Assembly: GCA_054600435.1 (NCBI GenBank)
Contig: BAAIJX010000059.1
Span: forward strand, 62,001 to 126,000
Direction of reading: 5' to 3'
DNA length: 64,000 nt
From: Neophaeotheca triangularis
Taxonomy: Eukaryota
Shown: positions 12,947 to 24,249 of the stretch, one piece after another
Position numbering within the stretch: the first letter of the stretch is position 1
Layout: each line of letters begins with the position of its first letter
Made by a program: the position numbers and the translations under genes
The notes under the pieces: model-generated
What the model was told of the DNA's origin: nothing
The model's database searches: none
Seen by the model: only the letters and a program-made list of their open reading frames with translations

Positions 12947-13846
12947 ATGGCACCCCAAGAACTCAAGGGGATCATGGTAGCGCTTATCACTCCATTCACC
13001 GCCGACCAGAAATCTATCGATGAATCCGCATACAAACAGCACATTGATCGCCTCATCGATGCTGGAGTTCACGGTCTGGTTCCCGGCGGTAGCACCGGAG
13101 AGTTCACTGTTCTCTCCTACGAAGAGCGCAAGCAGCTCGTCGAACTCACGGTCAAATCCGCCGCCGGGCGCGTCCCCGTCCTGGCAGGCATTGGCGACAC
13201 TTCCACCGACCGCGCCGTCGATCTCGCCGTCCACGCTGCCCAAGCCGGTGCCGCAGCTGTCATGGTCGTACCTCCGTTCTACGACTCGCCCAACCTCCAG
13301 GAGCTGCACGAGTTTCTCGGAGAGATCCATAACGCCTCCAAGTTGCCCATCTGCTATTACAACATCCCGTCGGCGACCGGGGTGTCACTCTCGCCAGCAG
13401 AGATTGCTGACCTTTCGAAAGTCGGCGTTAAGTACCTCAAAGACACCTCCGGTAACGCGCCAGGCCTTACAGACCTGCTGTTCGACAAAGAGGACCAGAT
13501 TACCGCTTTCAACGGCTGGGACACGCTCACCTTCTATGGCCTCGCTGCCGGTGCCAAAGGTTCCGTCTGGGGAGCGACCAATATCATTCCCGAGCTTTCC
13601 ATGGAGCTTTGGAATGCTGTTGCGGTCAACGGCGACTTGAAGCGCGGTCGCCAAATATGGAAGAAAATTTGGCCGGTGTGCAATTTCCTCGAGAATGGCA
13701 ATTACGCCGCAGCAGTCAAGACCGGGATGGAGCTTCGTGGGTGGTCTACAGGTGGTTTGCGCAAGCCTTTCTCTTTGATGCAGGGTGACCGAAGGGCGGA
13801 GCTTGCCAAGCTCCTAAACAATGCTGGTGTTTCTGTTGGAAAGTAG
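12947..13846 (+). CDS. DHDPS/NAL-family class I aldolase or lyase, intronless
   Basis: GIMVALITPF, GGSTGEF, YYNIP (catalytic Tyr), YLKDTSG (Schiff-base Lys), about 299 aa. Fungi use the alpha-aminoadipate lysine pathway, so this is unlikely to be a true DapA. Confidence 0.9.
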   Translation: MAPQELKGIMVALITPFTADQKSIDESAYKQHIDRLIDAGVHGLVPGGSTGEFTVLSYEERKQLVELTVKSAAGRVPVLAGIGDTSTDRAVDLAVHAAQAGAAAVMVVPPFYDSPNLQELHEFLGEIHNASKLPICYYNIPSATGVSLSPAEIADLSKVGVKYLKDTSGNAPGLTDLLFDKEDQITAFNGWDTLTFYGLAAGAKGSVWGATNIIPELSMELWNAVAVNGDLKRGRQIWKKIWPVCNFLENGNYAAAVKTGMELRGWSTGGLRKPFSLMQGDRRAELAKLLNNAGVSVGK

Positions 13847-14804
13847 CTTATGCAGTGTGATTGAATGAGATGATACAGCTGTATAAAAATCGCCCCTCTC
13901 AATGTTGCCACAGCACCCATCCATAGATCGTCGCAAACATCAACACAAAAGACAAGATGTTCAATGCGAGGATTTCAGTCGAAGCTTCCAGACTCGTTCG
14001 ACATTATGGCTCATGTTTTCGGATCATGAAGAAAGCAGCACAATTTCAGATACGCCAGCGCACGCCCTTGTGAATCATTCGTAGCAGCCTCTCATCCAAC
14101 AAGAAAGGCTGCCCAAGCAACAAGTAACGTCAGATCATGCCCGTGGGCCACATGTACTTGCGAGTGAACCGCTTTACTACTAGCATCCAATGTACCTTGC
14201 CAACTTCCTATCCGAACGAAAAATCAATCTTTACACTATTGAGTCGAGTCTACTCTGTTCCTTTTGTTGTCACACGAGCCTACGTCAACCGTCATGTGCC
14301 TATGACAGTCGACCTACCGTGGTCCGTCCTACCCAGCATGCACTACAACCCCAGCAGTGACCCATCGTATCTTCCATTACCATGTTAGGTCTTGATTTCC
14401 GAAGGTCTTAGACCAAAGACGGCAATATAGCCCACTGAACGATAAACTGTGGGTATAAGACCTCGGAGCAATTGGTTGATAGTACCGCTTATGAACTACA
14501 GCGAGATAACAAGTAGCCGCTGTACGTCTGTGGTTTTGTCCCGCATATCCCCAGATATGCGGCAGGGTTAGCGTTGAGCTGTTTTGGAAACAAAGCAAGT
14601 GTCCACGATGAGGTCTGATACTCGTGACTTGCTCCTGCCAGGTATACTACCCCTGTATCCCCTGGTTGGTATAGATGAAGGCAGGTTGATATGTATCTCG
14701 TGTTGCACTCGCATTCTGAGCCATCATTCTTCGTTAGAATACAGCGCTCTATTCCTGCTTCGTTCTGCTTCTAATCCGCTATTTGCCCTCGAGGCTAGTA
14801 CAAA

Positions 14805-16449
14805 ATGTCGTCCAACGTGCTAGGCAAAATGACTTCCAAGACAAGAGACGATAAACATCTGGGTGACCTTGCTCCAGTTCCATCCGCCCCTGGAGAAGTC
14901 ATCGACGGCGGAGAAGTAGAAGAAGGAGACGCTGTTTTCGGTCTGGTGCAAGGAGGCGGACCAAATTACAGAAACGTACGTAGCAACCACGTGAAAGCGC
15001 GATTGATGCACGTCAGCTGAAAGCTATACAGGTCGGCTGGATCCGGACGACTGTTCTCATGATGAAGACACAGATAGGTCTTGGAGTCCTTGCCATTCCT
15101 TCAGTGTTCGATACACTCGGCATGGCACCTGGTGTTATTTGTCTGTGCGTTATCGCTGGGCTGAACTCGTGGTCGAACTATCGAGTCGGTGCGTTCAAGC
15201 TGAGACATCCGGAGGTATACGGCATCGACGACGTAGGCCAGCTCATATTTGGGCGCATCGGTCGAGAAGTCTTCGCCGTTATGTTCGTCCTTTGTATGAA
15301 CACCAGCCCTTCTAGTCTCTGGATGACCACTGACCGACGACTTCCAGACGAGATCTTCGTTTCCGCCTCCGCCATTTTGAGCACGTCGATCGGGCTAAAC
15401 GCTGTGTCCACACACGGCGCGTGTACAGCCACATTCGTGGGAGTAACTGCAATTGCTGTGTTTGGGCTATCAAGCATCAGGACTCTCTCGAAGCTCTCGT
15501 GGCTCGTATGGGTTGGTCTCAGCTGCATTATTGTATCTAGTAAGCATATGTCAACCACAGAACGATCATGCAAATTACTCAACACACAACTAGTCTTCAT
15601 CCTCACCATCGCATCCGGGGTCCAAGACCGCCCGGCAGCAGCTCCACCGAACGGCCCCTGGTCGTCCGACTTCAAGGTCGTCAACTCGCCCACCTTCGCA
15701 CAAGCAATGGCAGGTATCTCGTCCCTCGTCTTCGCCTACGCCGGCACGCCTACTTTCTTCCCGATCATAGCCGAGATGCGAAACCCCGACGATTACCTTA
15801 AATCGTTGATCGTCAGCCAGAGCTCCGTGTCCTGCATGTACGTAACAATAGGCGTTGTCGTCTACTACTATTGCGGCTCGTATGTCGCCTCGCCCGCGCT
15901 CGGATCCGCTGGCGTGCTCATGAAGAAGATTTGCTATGGAATCGCGCTGCCTGGCTTGCTCGTCACCGCGGTGCTCATCTGCCACGTTAGTGAATCGTGA
16001 AAAACAAACCTACCACAGGCTAACAGATTCATGCACAGATGCCTGCTAAATACTTGTTCGTCCGTTTGCTACGCGGTACTTCCCACCTGAGCTCCAACGG
16101 CTTAACCCATTGGGCAGTGTGGCTCGGCTGCACTGCCTCAGCGGCCGTCATCGCATATATCATTGCTAGCGCAATCCCGGAGTTCGACAGCCTCGTTTCG
16201 CTCGTCGGAGCTCTGCTCGGTACGCCTCTGTCATTCCATCCTATGGGCTTCATGTGGCTGTATGACAACTGGCAGAGTCCGCGCAATGGAGTGTGGAAAG
16301 CTAAGGCGGCTTTCAGCGTATTCATGATCGTGGCTGGAACATTCCTAATGGTTGCTGGGACATATGCGTCAGTGCTCGGGATCATTGAGGCTTACGATCA
16401 GCCAACAACAGGAAGCTGGTCTTGTGCGGACAACTCAAACTCGGTGTAG
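14805..16449 (+). CDS. Amino-acid permease (AAAP/Aa_trans family, Mtr-like), 5 exons
   Basis: GPNYRN|VGW, MKTQIGLGVLAIP, FKLRHPEVYGIDD, FAYAGTPTFFPIIAEMRNP, YVASPALGSAG, C-terminal WSCADNS. Multiple hydrophobic helices and canonical introns. Confidence 0.92.
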
Positions 16450-17115
16450 TAGTACGAGTCTTTATATTGAACGATATATGGGGGCATAGGGAGTCCGCTT
16501 ACCGTAACGGCTAAAGGTCGGACTAGGGACCTTCACAAAGGCCCCGTTTACCTTCTTAGTTACTACACATAGTTCTTAGGGCGTAGATCGGTTATTACAT
16601 AGGAGGAAACTATCTTACCGAGCTTTGCGACCGAAGGTGAATCCGTCCGGTCTTGGCCGAGACGGATTAATGCATGCCTGAGGCATCAATGAAACCACAT
16701 CTGTTGCGGGTAACGGTCCAGATACGGGAGAGCATGAGGAAGCGTACAGTGTAGTTCCATCTAGATGAGTGCCCAGATATTACGAAGTGGTGGTAGTTAC
16801 ATAGTGAAGTTCGATAGCGTTAGGCATCGCGGCAAAAGTTTAATGCGATATTCATTCGTCGAAGCCGTGAATATTTCGTAGCTTATCATCGCTCAGCATG
16901 CTCGTGCCCATTGTAGGGACCTCATGCGATGGACGCAGGGTCAATCGAGCCCGGGCTCACCACTCCAGCATCCAGCATACTGAGCGGCGTTGGTGCGGGT
17001 CCAGCGTCTCTGCTCTAAGTCGAGCTATTAGCGGTCTATCTATAAGCTTGCGACCAGCGCAGTGTTAAGCCACATAGCATCACAACGTTGTGACAACGGA
17101 GCCAAAGTAAATGCA

Positions 17116-18585
17116 TCAATCAACAGACGCAGCAACAGCATCGGCAGGACTTGCCTTGACAATCCTCCTCTCCACCCACCTGACCCATCTCCTCCGCCTC
17201 CAAACCCCCCTTTCCCCTCTCCCCGTCCCTTCTTCCCACCCACTTCTCGCCACCGCCTTCCTCGTCCCCAACCCTGATACCTTCTTCGCTTTTCCCTTGT
17301 CCGGCGACGAGACAGAAGGCCCTTCAACATCCACATCCGGTAAATCGTACACCCACCTTTCACCCTCGGTCTCAACTTCCACTCCCGTGATCATCCTCCC
17401 TTCCACCCACTCCCGACTCCAGAGATCCAGGTTCCACTTCTTATCTTTCCATCTCCAGCCCTCGGGTGCCGCGACTTCCTCGAAAAACTGCGTTCCTTTC
17501 GGTCTCTCGCCAGCTATCCGCGACGGCGAGAGCGGGTCGTAGGGCGCCGGGGTGAAGAGCCAGGCTTCCCACTGCCCGGAGGCCGGGTGGTGTTTCTGCA
17601 GCTCGAAAACCTCAACTTGCCGCAGCTCGCCTGGCTCATCGAGGACGATGTCCTGGATAATCCAGTCACGTAAGTGGGACTGAAACCTCTCGAGTTTCAG
17701 ACGGGCTTGTTTGAGACTGTGGGAAGAGAGGAGCAGATGCTGCGATTCTGGGTGACAGAGACCAGTGCTGGTCCAGCCTGTGAGGAGGAAAACTAACCGC
17801 CAGGGCACGAGATGGGAGGCCAGAAATGCGGCGTTGGCGGTCAGGAAGAGTACGAGGAAGAGCGTGGAGGAGAGCTCTTCGTCGCTGAAATTGGTGTAAG
17901 GCGTTACGTATTCATTTGCTGTATCGTGCAGGCGTGAGAAGTCTTCCATGCTGTTTTGCAGGTCGCGCATGTTGCGGAAGAAGTCTTTGCTCAGCTCTGG
18001 GGCTGGCTTGACTCGGGACGGGGGAGCGATGGGAGGTCCGTAGCGAGCGGGCTCTATGCGGGGGTCGTTGGTAGGCGCTGGGTGGCGAGCGAGGAAGGAG
18101 GGGATCATGATGTAGAAGAGGACGAGAATCAAGGGGACTAGAGGAATGAGGGAGGGCTCGAGGCAAAGCAAGGTGTATACACCTAGGAAGGAGAGTGTCT
18201 GGGTTGGACGGCGCCAGGTGAAGAGATGGATCAAGCGGTTTTGGAAGACGAAGATGATTCCCACGCGTGCGTTGAAGCGGCGGAAGTTGGCACTCATAAG
18301 GCCGACGCTGAAGTTTGGCCTGTCCACGTATTTGCGTGAGCGGTAATCTTTTGGTTTGGTCTCGTCGTCATCGTCATCGCCCGGGCCTTCTGAAGGGATG
18401 ATTGAAGACATGATGCCGGCGAAGAAGCGATCTTGCAGCCCAAGCCTGGAAGATGCAGTTGGGGGTCCACGCTCCTCCATTTTGTCTTTGATTTTACCGA
18501 CGGCCTTTTCTCTGAACTTGTCGAACCCGACCACCGGTATCGGGTCATCGCGGTTCACGATGGGCGACGCTTCGGAGTCGCCCAT
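17116..18585 (-). CDS. Pex24p-domain integral peroxisomal membrane peroxin (Pex28/Pex29-like)
   Basis: FSVGLMSANFRRFNAR, SKDFFRNMRDLQNSM, NFSDEELSS, VEVFELQK, dysferlin-like Trp-rich tail (EGWRWKDKKW, WVYD, WRRRRWVRWV). The ORF is open to 18684; the ATG at 18585 is preferred. Confidence 0.85.
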   Translation of the reverse strand: MGDSEASPIVNRDDPIPVVGFDKFREKAVGKIKDKMEERGPPTASSRLGLQDRFFAGIMSSIIPSEGPGDDDDDETKPKDYRSRKYVDRPNFSVGLMSANFRRFNARVGIIFVFQNRLIHLFTWRRPTQTLSFLGVYTLLCLEPSLIPLVPLILVLFYIMIPSFLARHPAPTNDPRIEPARYGPPIAPPSRVKPAPELSKDFFRNMRDLQNSMEDFSRLHDTANEYVTPYTNFSDEELSSTLFLVLFLTANAAFLASHLVPWRLVFLLTGWTSTGLCHPESQHLLLSSHSLKQARLKLERFQSHLRDWIIQDIVLDEPGELRQVEVFELQKHHPASGQWEAWLFTPAPYDPLSPSRIAGERPKGTQFFEEVAAPEGWRWKDKKWNLDLWSREWVEGRMITGVEVETEGERWVYDLPDVDVEGPSVSSPDKGKAKKVSGLGTRKAVARSGWEEGTGRGERGVWRRRRWVRWVERRIVKASPADAVAASVD

Positions 18586-19671
18586 GTTGATGTTGGTGTT
18601 TTTCGAGTAGAAAGGATTCGGGCTGCTAACACAGCATAATGCGTTAAAGTCTCCAAGAGGCCTGTCGATGTTGGGATGTCTCATGTGACAATGTGAGGCA
18701 GGGAAAGCGGCTTGCTTGCGTGTGCGCGAGGTGCGGTTGGAGTGAGACTCTTTCCATTGGCTGGAATTGTGTAGCCGCTAGCGCAGGGCTTTCTTGGCAA
18801 ACTGACCAATCTAGTACGTACCGTACCTTACCTACATTACCTAAGGTAGTAAGGTAGATCACAGGACATGTCTTCCAACTTTGCATCCAGTCCAATTTGA
18901 GCATTTACTCTCCTACATAATCGTCATCATACCTAATCATCACCATCAACGAAATCTCACATTTCTTCTCACTGCGTCTCTTTCATGTTTTTCCAACCTC
19001 AATGCATCTCGTGATGCCACCCAGGCGCTCCAGCATCTTCTCGGATTCCGTCGAACAGGGAGGTGTGCAGGGTTACTCGGATCATTTTCCAAAAGAAATT
19101 TCCAGTTGGCTGCGACTCTGTGTGGCCATGCAAAATACGCCATCCCATACAATACCACGCCATCTGGTCAGTCGCCTCATTACTGGAAGTTCCAGCGCGG
19201 GATCCCCATCAAATCGCAATGCTTCGTTGAACCCTTCGCACTCTCCCGGTTCCATACGCATGTGGAAGTGCTGAGCGTCAGAGGTTATCTTCTCTACTTC
19301 CCTTGATGCCCTCAATGTTGTTCAAACGCAGAGGCATACGCAGGTAAGATCTCGCCGTGTGCGAAGAAACCTCAGGATGGAAACGGCCATCGCATCAGCT
19401 AGCTGATCAGCTTGCGACTCGCCAATGGATCACTCTGCAAAGGTAAGGCACATCAGCAATGGCTTCCATCCTGATTACTAGCAACCATCGAGCGCAACTG
19501 CCCTAAGGGAGTTGTTGTGAGTACTGAACATCACTTTGAATACCTTTAAACCGCAATTTATTTAAAGCCATTAACTGCCTTCTGCGCCCTATCTGAATCT
19601 CGAATCTTTTTTCCGTGTCTTTCGTATCTCCTCCTCGAAGCAACTCACCTCGATCCTGGAACTTCGTCGAT

Positions 19672-21647
19672 ATGGGCATCCCTATTCATACCGGAAACGA
19701 TGCACAGCGTGTACTCCAGCTCATCGAGAAAGCTAGGACAACCTCGCGTGAACTACAGTTCGCAGAGGCTGCAGCACTCAGCACCACTGCGTACGAGCTG
19801 GGCCTGAACGACTTGGGACCCACGCACTACGCAACCATCAGTGCGAGAGTCTCACTGAATAGCTACACTCTGACACAAGGGCGACTATTGGACACAATGG
19901 AGACACTGAAGCTGGCGGCTACCCACCTGGGCGACTCCAACCCTATCACGCTTCGCGCAGCAGGGAACACAGTTCGTGAACTTGAATCTCTACAAAAGTT
20001 CTCGGACGCAGAAGGCTTGGCGAGATATATTCTCGAGGTGTCAAAGACTACACAGGGAACCAGACAAGCCGGCTCACCGCAAGCAATGGTTACGCTTGCA
20101 GAGATCTTGTACCAACAACGAAAGCTTCCTGAGTCCGTGAGGTTATACCAGAAAGCCGTTACGATATGCGCACGCGAAAACGGCCCCGATAGCAGCTCGA
20201 CCGGTCCTATCCTCGTAGGTCTCGCCAGAGCATTGGCTGCGGCAAAGAAATTTGATCAGGCACTGGCCGCTAGCCGGAGAGCTCTCGACTTGACACCAAA
20301 TCAAAACTTGGCAACCTTGATCAACGCCAAACAGGGATACGCCATGGTGCTATATGCATGCGGTGGGTACGCTGGAAGTGCAATGGTGAACGAAGAGTTG
20401 TACGAGTTTCTCGTACGGCACCATGTAAACCACCACCCGTGTTTTTTAAGCATGGTCGTATCCTATGTTCAGGCTCTTTTGATTGCACATCGCTCAGAAG
20501 CAGCGCTCACGGTCGCTGTCACTGCTTTGAAAAACAGCGTTGAGTGGGAGGTTGACAGGCTTGCTAGACAGGCAACAATTTTGCTTGTCCTGGGTGAAGT
20601 ACTGTTGAGCTATGATGGCAGGCAGGCCCAAGGCCTCCGAGTTATGGAAGCTGCTCTTGCCATGAAACGTAGTGCCCGAGACAAGAGCGACCGTGACTTG
20701 CGCTGGGATGAAGCGCGGCTTGCTACCGCCGTAAGGCGGTGCCAGACTGCCACAGATCACTCACCTATCGAACCTGCGTTGCGACTCTTCGACAACATCA
20801 CCGATGACCGCGAATGGTACACTGTGAGCCCCCAAATAACCCATTCGCTGTGTTTTTTCAAGACAACTTCGGAAACCGATTCCTGCCGTGTCGAGCGAGA
20901 CGTACATCTCAAGTTTCGTCCTCTGCCCGATCTTGCAGACGAGTTTGTCGGAGGCGAGAATATCCAGCTCGCGCGACTCCCTTACATCGGACAATGGGCT
21001 CTCGAGATCAGACCAACAGATAGCCCAGACCACTATGAAGGTCTTACGTGGGAGATCAGCCCCAAGCTATATCCTACTCTGCGCTTCGAATTGGACTTTG
21101 GCGTCTGGACCTTTCCACAGCTTGAGGAGACCATCAAGCCTTTCCGCTTCATCCAGAGCGTTAAAGCGAAGGTGGGCACCACGAAAGCCACCGACGACGA
21201 GATTGATCGCTATGGTGAGTACTTTGAGAACATCGACTCTTCTACCTGTGGCCTGCCGCTAACCGAAATAATCCAGCTCTGGAAAGACTGGACACCATCC
21301 ACCTGGGCTCTTGCAGCCCGCTTTGGCAACTATCGAATCCAGAAACGCAACAAGCTCGCAGAAGCACGTCTCAAGACTCTGGTACCGAAATGCCGTCATC
21401 CAAACAATCCCCGAAGCTATCGGCTCCAGAGCTCAACGCCGCTTACAGAGTCTCTCATGACTTTGCCGTCGACATGGCAGCGCAGCTTTGTCCAGACCGT
21501 TGGCTCCAACGGCCCACGGTCAGAAATCGCGCCGGTAAAGCCGCAGCAAAGCTGGCCGCAATGCGTTCCGCTGCTTATGTTGTCTTGGAAACCTGGGAGG
21601 AAAAGGCTTCGCCTCAGTCGTTGACTGTGCTGAGGGATATGTTTTAG
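19672..21647 (+). CDS. TPR-repeat protein with a C-terminal PPPDE-like domain; intron 21215-21276
   Basis: Kinesin-light-chain-like repeats (LGPTHYATI, LGDSNPITL, LAEILYQQRKLPES, LARALAAAKKFDQA). A GTGAGT..CTAAC..CAG intron shifts the frame into the 21390-21647 ORF. Confidence 0.65.
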
Positions 21648-22860
21648 TGGCGACTTTTGCGTCTTGCATAGTGTCTCGGCGACTTTACATCCCCAAGGGA
21701 CCGGTAGCGTGGGCGCTCTTCCTTTGGCATGCCGCTGTATTCAGGCGATCTGGCCTTCAGTAAACTAGGGCTTTGAGTTGCAAAGCTCGCCGGGATAGCA
21801 AATTTCACTGCCGTAGCGAACTCGATGGTAATCAGTAGAGCGGAAAATGCTTGTTTGATATTTCAATGCAAGACCTCCCGGCGTTGTTTCACCTTTCAGC
21901 TCCATCGAAATCATATTGCTAGCAATTGGTCAAGTCTAAATACACCAGCACCGCCCCTGCAGTGGGCTGAACAAATCTACGATCAAAACCGCAGGGAGCC
22001 TTTTTCCGCCCTGTATTCTGACGTTTTTGCTTTCGATGCACTAGGTTTTCGCTTGGCATCGTTCGACAAGCCATGTTTTTCAAACTCTCCCTGCGGTATC
22101 TTGCTTCTCGAATCTCTTACTACGTTACAATGAATGCTCGAAGCAACCCATTACCCAGGAGCCCCAGCAAACCAACCCACAGCACTCTCTCGATATTGCG
22201 ATCCGAAAACCCGCCGAGAACACACTAATGACCTGCATTTAGTCCAAACACCACCAACACCGCCTGCATCGCACATAAAGACCTAGTTTGCTAGAGTCTC
22301 TCGGCGATATGCCACCTTTCAGAACTCCACGCCACGGCCCCCTCTACCTGGACAAAACCCAGGATAAGCCGCGGAAGCTTTGACGGGGGGCGGGTACCCT
22401 TTTCACCAACCTGCGGGCGCCGAGAAGCCAATTTCGACGTTGCATTCTGCACGAGCGATTTCCCCCCGGCTCTGGGCGATTTGAAGTCTTCAAATTGCTA
22501 GTGCACTTCTAGCCCGGCGCTGGCCAGATCGATGTTCCATGGCAAGCTGTCCTGCAGCTTACACGCTGTGATTTCCAAGCGGGCTCGCCGGGAGCCTAGC
22601 TAGCTCTAGGGTAGTGAGGGTGTCTGAAGTGTCTACGGCGGGTTTAGAGTGGAAAGTTGGACGACAGCGGGTAGTGGCACGCTCGCACCGTGCTACTTTA
22701 CCAAGCGTGGAGGGTTGGTAGTTGCACTTAGTGGGTGACGTTAATATGCTAGGAGAGATAGGGGTGGCGCGGTAGTAGAGTGATACATAGGTAGCATAAA
22801 GCCAAAATAGTCCGTCCTTTATGGAGATTTTGCTGTTTTATTAGGCGTTAAAGAACGTTC

Positions 22861-23063
22861 ACGTAGTTTACTTAAATGTAGTACGGTAAAAGAACGTTAA
22901 GATGCGATAACTTAGGGGTTAGTCAATCAGGAACGAATAAACAGAAATAATAAATATCACTAATTGAAAAGAGTTCACAAAACGCGTTCTAAGTGTTCAA
23001 TCAGCAGTTTTTACTAGTTATCTATTCCTGATTATCGCCTCTTAATGAATAGTAACTACGCGT
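22861..23063. repeat. Degenerate AT-rich inverted repeat (fold-back, MITE-like)
   Basis: Nested complementary blocks: TTAAGATGCGATAA (22897) / TTATCGCCTCTTAA (23032); AATCAGGAA (22925) / TTCCTGATT (23025); CTAATTGAA (22960) / TTCAATCAG (22996); CGTAGTTTACT (22862) / AGTAACTACG (23051). Confidence 0.65.
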
Positions 23064-23115
23064 CGGTGTAGTAGTCGGTCGTTTTCATCTCACTCTTCTC
23101 CCCTCACGAGGTACT

Positions 23116-24150
23116 TCACACCTCGCCTCTGAGCAGACGTAGCAACTTCTCAACCCTCGCCTTGTCCGCCTTACGTAGCAAACGGTGCCACTCCTCTTCC
23201 ACCAAGGGCACAAACCAGGTTGGGTGAAGTATACCGCCGATGGTCACAGGCAGTGGGATGCCCATTTGGAACGGAAGACCCACGTGCCCGAGCCATGGCT
23301 TAGCGCGACCGAGAAGGCGGATGGTCGAACTGCCGTCGGCGTAGCTCTGGCGGCTCTGGGTGTCATGCCAATAGATTGTGCGGGGTGGCTGCGTGAGAAA
23401 CATGTTGCTCCAGGAGTGGTTGGGGTTCAGGGGCTTGAGGTAGTAGCCTGGGATGTCGAGCGTGGGGTTACCGTGCAGGGCTTTGAGGGCGACGGTGATG
23501 CGCAGCTCGATGGCGAATTTGTCGGGTCGGATGATGACGGGGTAGGCGGGGTTCTTGATGTGGTGGCCCAGTTCTAACCTGCAGGAGCCGTTGCTGACGT
23601 TGATGGTCATGATGAGTTGCTTGCCATCGTTGAAGTTGTCGAAGAGGAAGGGGTTAAGTTCGGCAAACTGCTGACCTTTCTCCTGGACTGGAGCGCGGAA
23701 GGTAGCACGCTGCAGTCTCACGGAGCCGTCGATGACAGCCTTCCAGTGTTTGCTGACCTGTTCACATTGCAGGATGCCGTAGGGACCAGCTTGGAGGATC
23801 ATCGACTCGAGAATCTCAGTGGTCCCTAGGGCTTCGGCACGGGCGGACCTTTGGGGAATTTCTTTCTTGATAAGGCGCACTGGATTGACTTTTGATATAA
23901 AAATGTCTTTGAGAGAGCCCAAGCGGCCGTTTTCGTATGAAAGGCAATCGTTCTCGACTTGCATGCCGAAGTTGATATCCTGCAAGGTGGAAATCTTGTG
24001 TTGCAGCACAAGGTTTTCGGTTTGCAAGTTGAGATTCTTGTCTTCGAGCAAGCGAAGCTGGAATATGATGCTATCGATCTTCGCTGTCGACAGGAAAGGA
24101 TAGAACGTGGAGGCCAGATCGTCAGCCAGGGAAGGTTGAGGGAAAGCCAT
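23116..24150 (-). CDS. F-box-like protein with N-terminal coiled coil, intronless
   Basis: ALGTTEILESMILQ...VSKHWKAVIDGSVRLQRATF, ELNP and SWSNMFLTQPP are shared with the genes at 44537 and 46118. Heptad-like N-terminus (LEDKNLNLQTENLVLQHKISTLQ). Confidence 0.75.
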   Translation of the reverse strand: MAFPQPSLADDLASTFYPFLSTAKIDSIIFQLRLLEDKNLNLQTENLVLQHKISTLQDINFGMQVENDCLSYENGRLGSLKDIFISKVNPVRLIKKEIPQRSARAEALGTTEILESMILQAGPYGILQCEQVSKHWKAVIDGSVRLQRATFRAPVQEKGQQFAELNPFLFDNFNDGKQLIMTINVSNGSCRLELGHHIKNPAYPVIIRPDKFAIELRITVALKALHGNPTLDIPGYYLKPLNPNHSWSNMFLTQPPRTIYWHDTQSRQSYADGSSTIRLLGRAKPWLGHVGLPFQMGIPLPVTIGGILHPTWFVPLVEEEWHRLLRKADKARVEKLLRLLRGEV

Positions 24151-24249
24151 TGTGCTTGACGTGGGTTGATGTTGATGTCGTATTGATAAAGGTCGAAGAA
24201 GGTTTGAAGGCTAAAGTAGCTTTCGAAGTCAGAGTCTTTGCTGCCCTTG

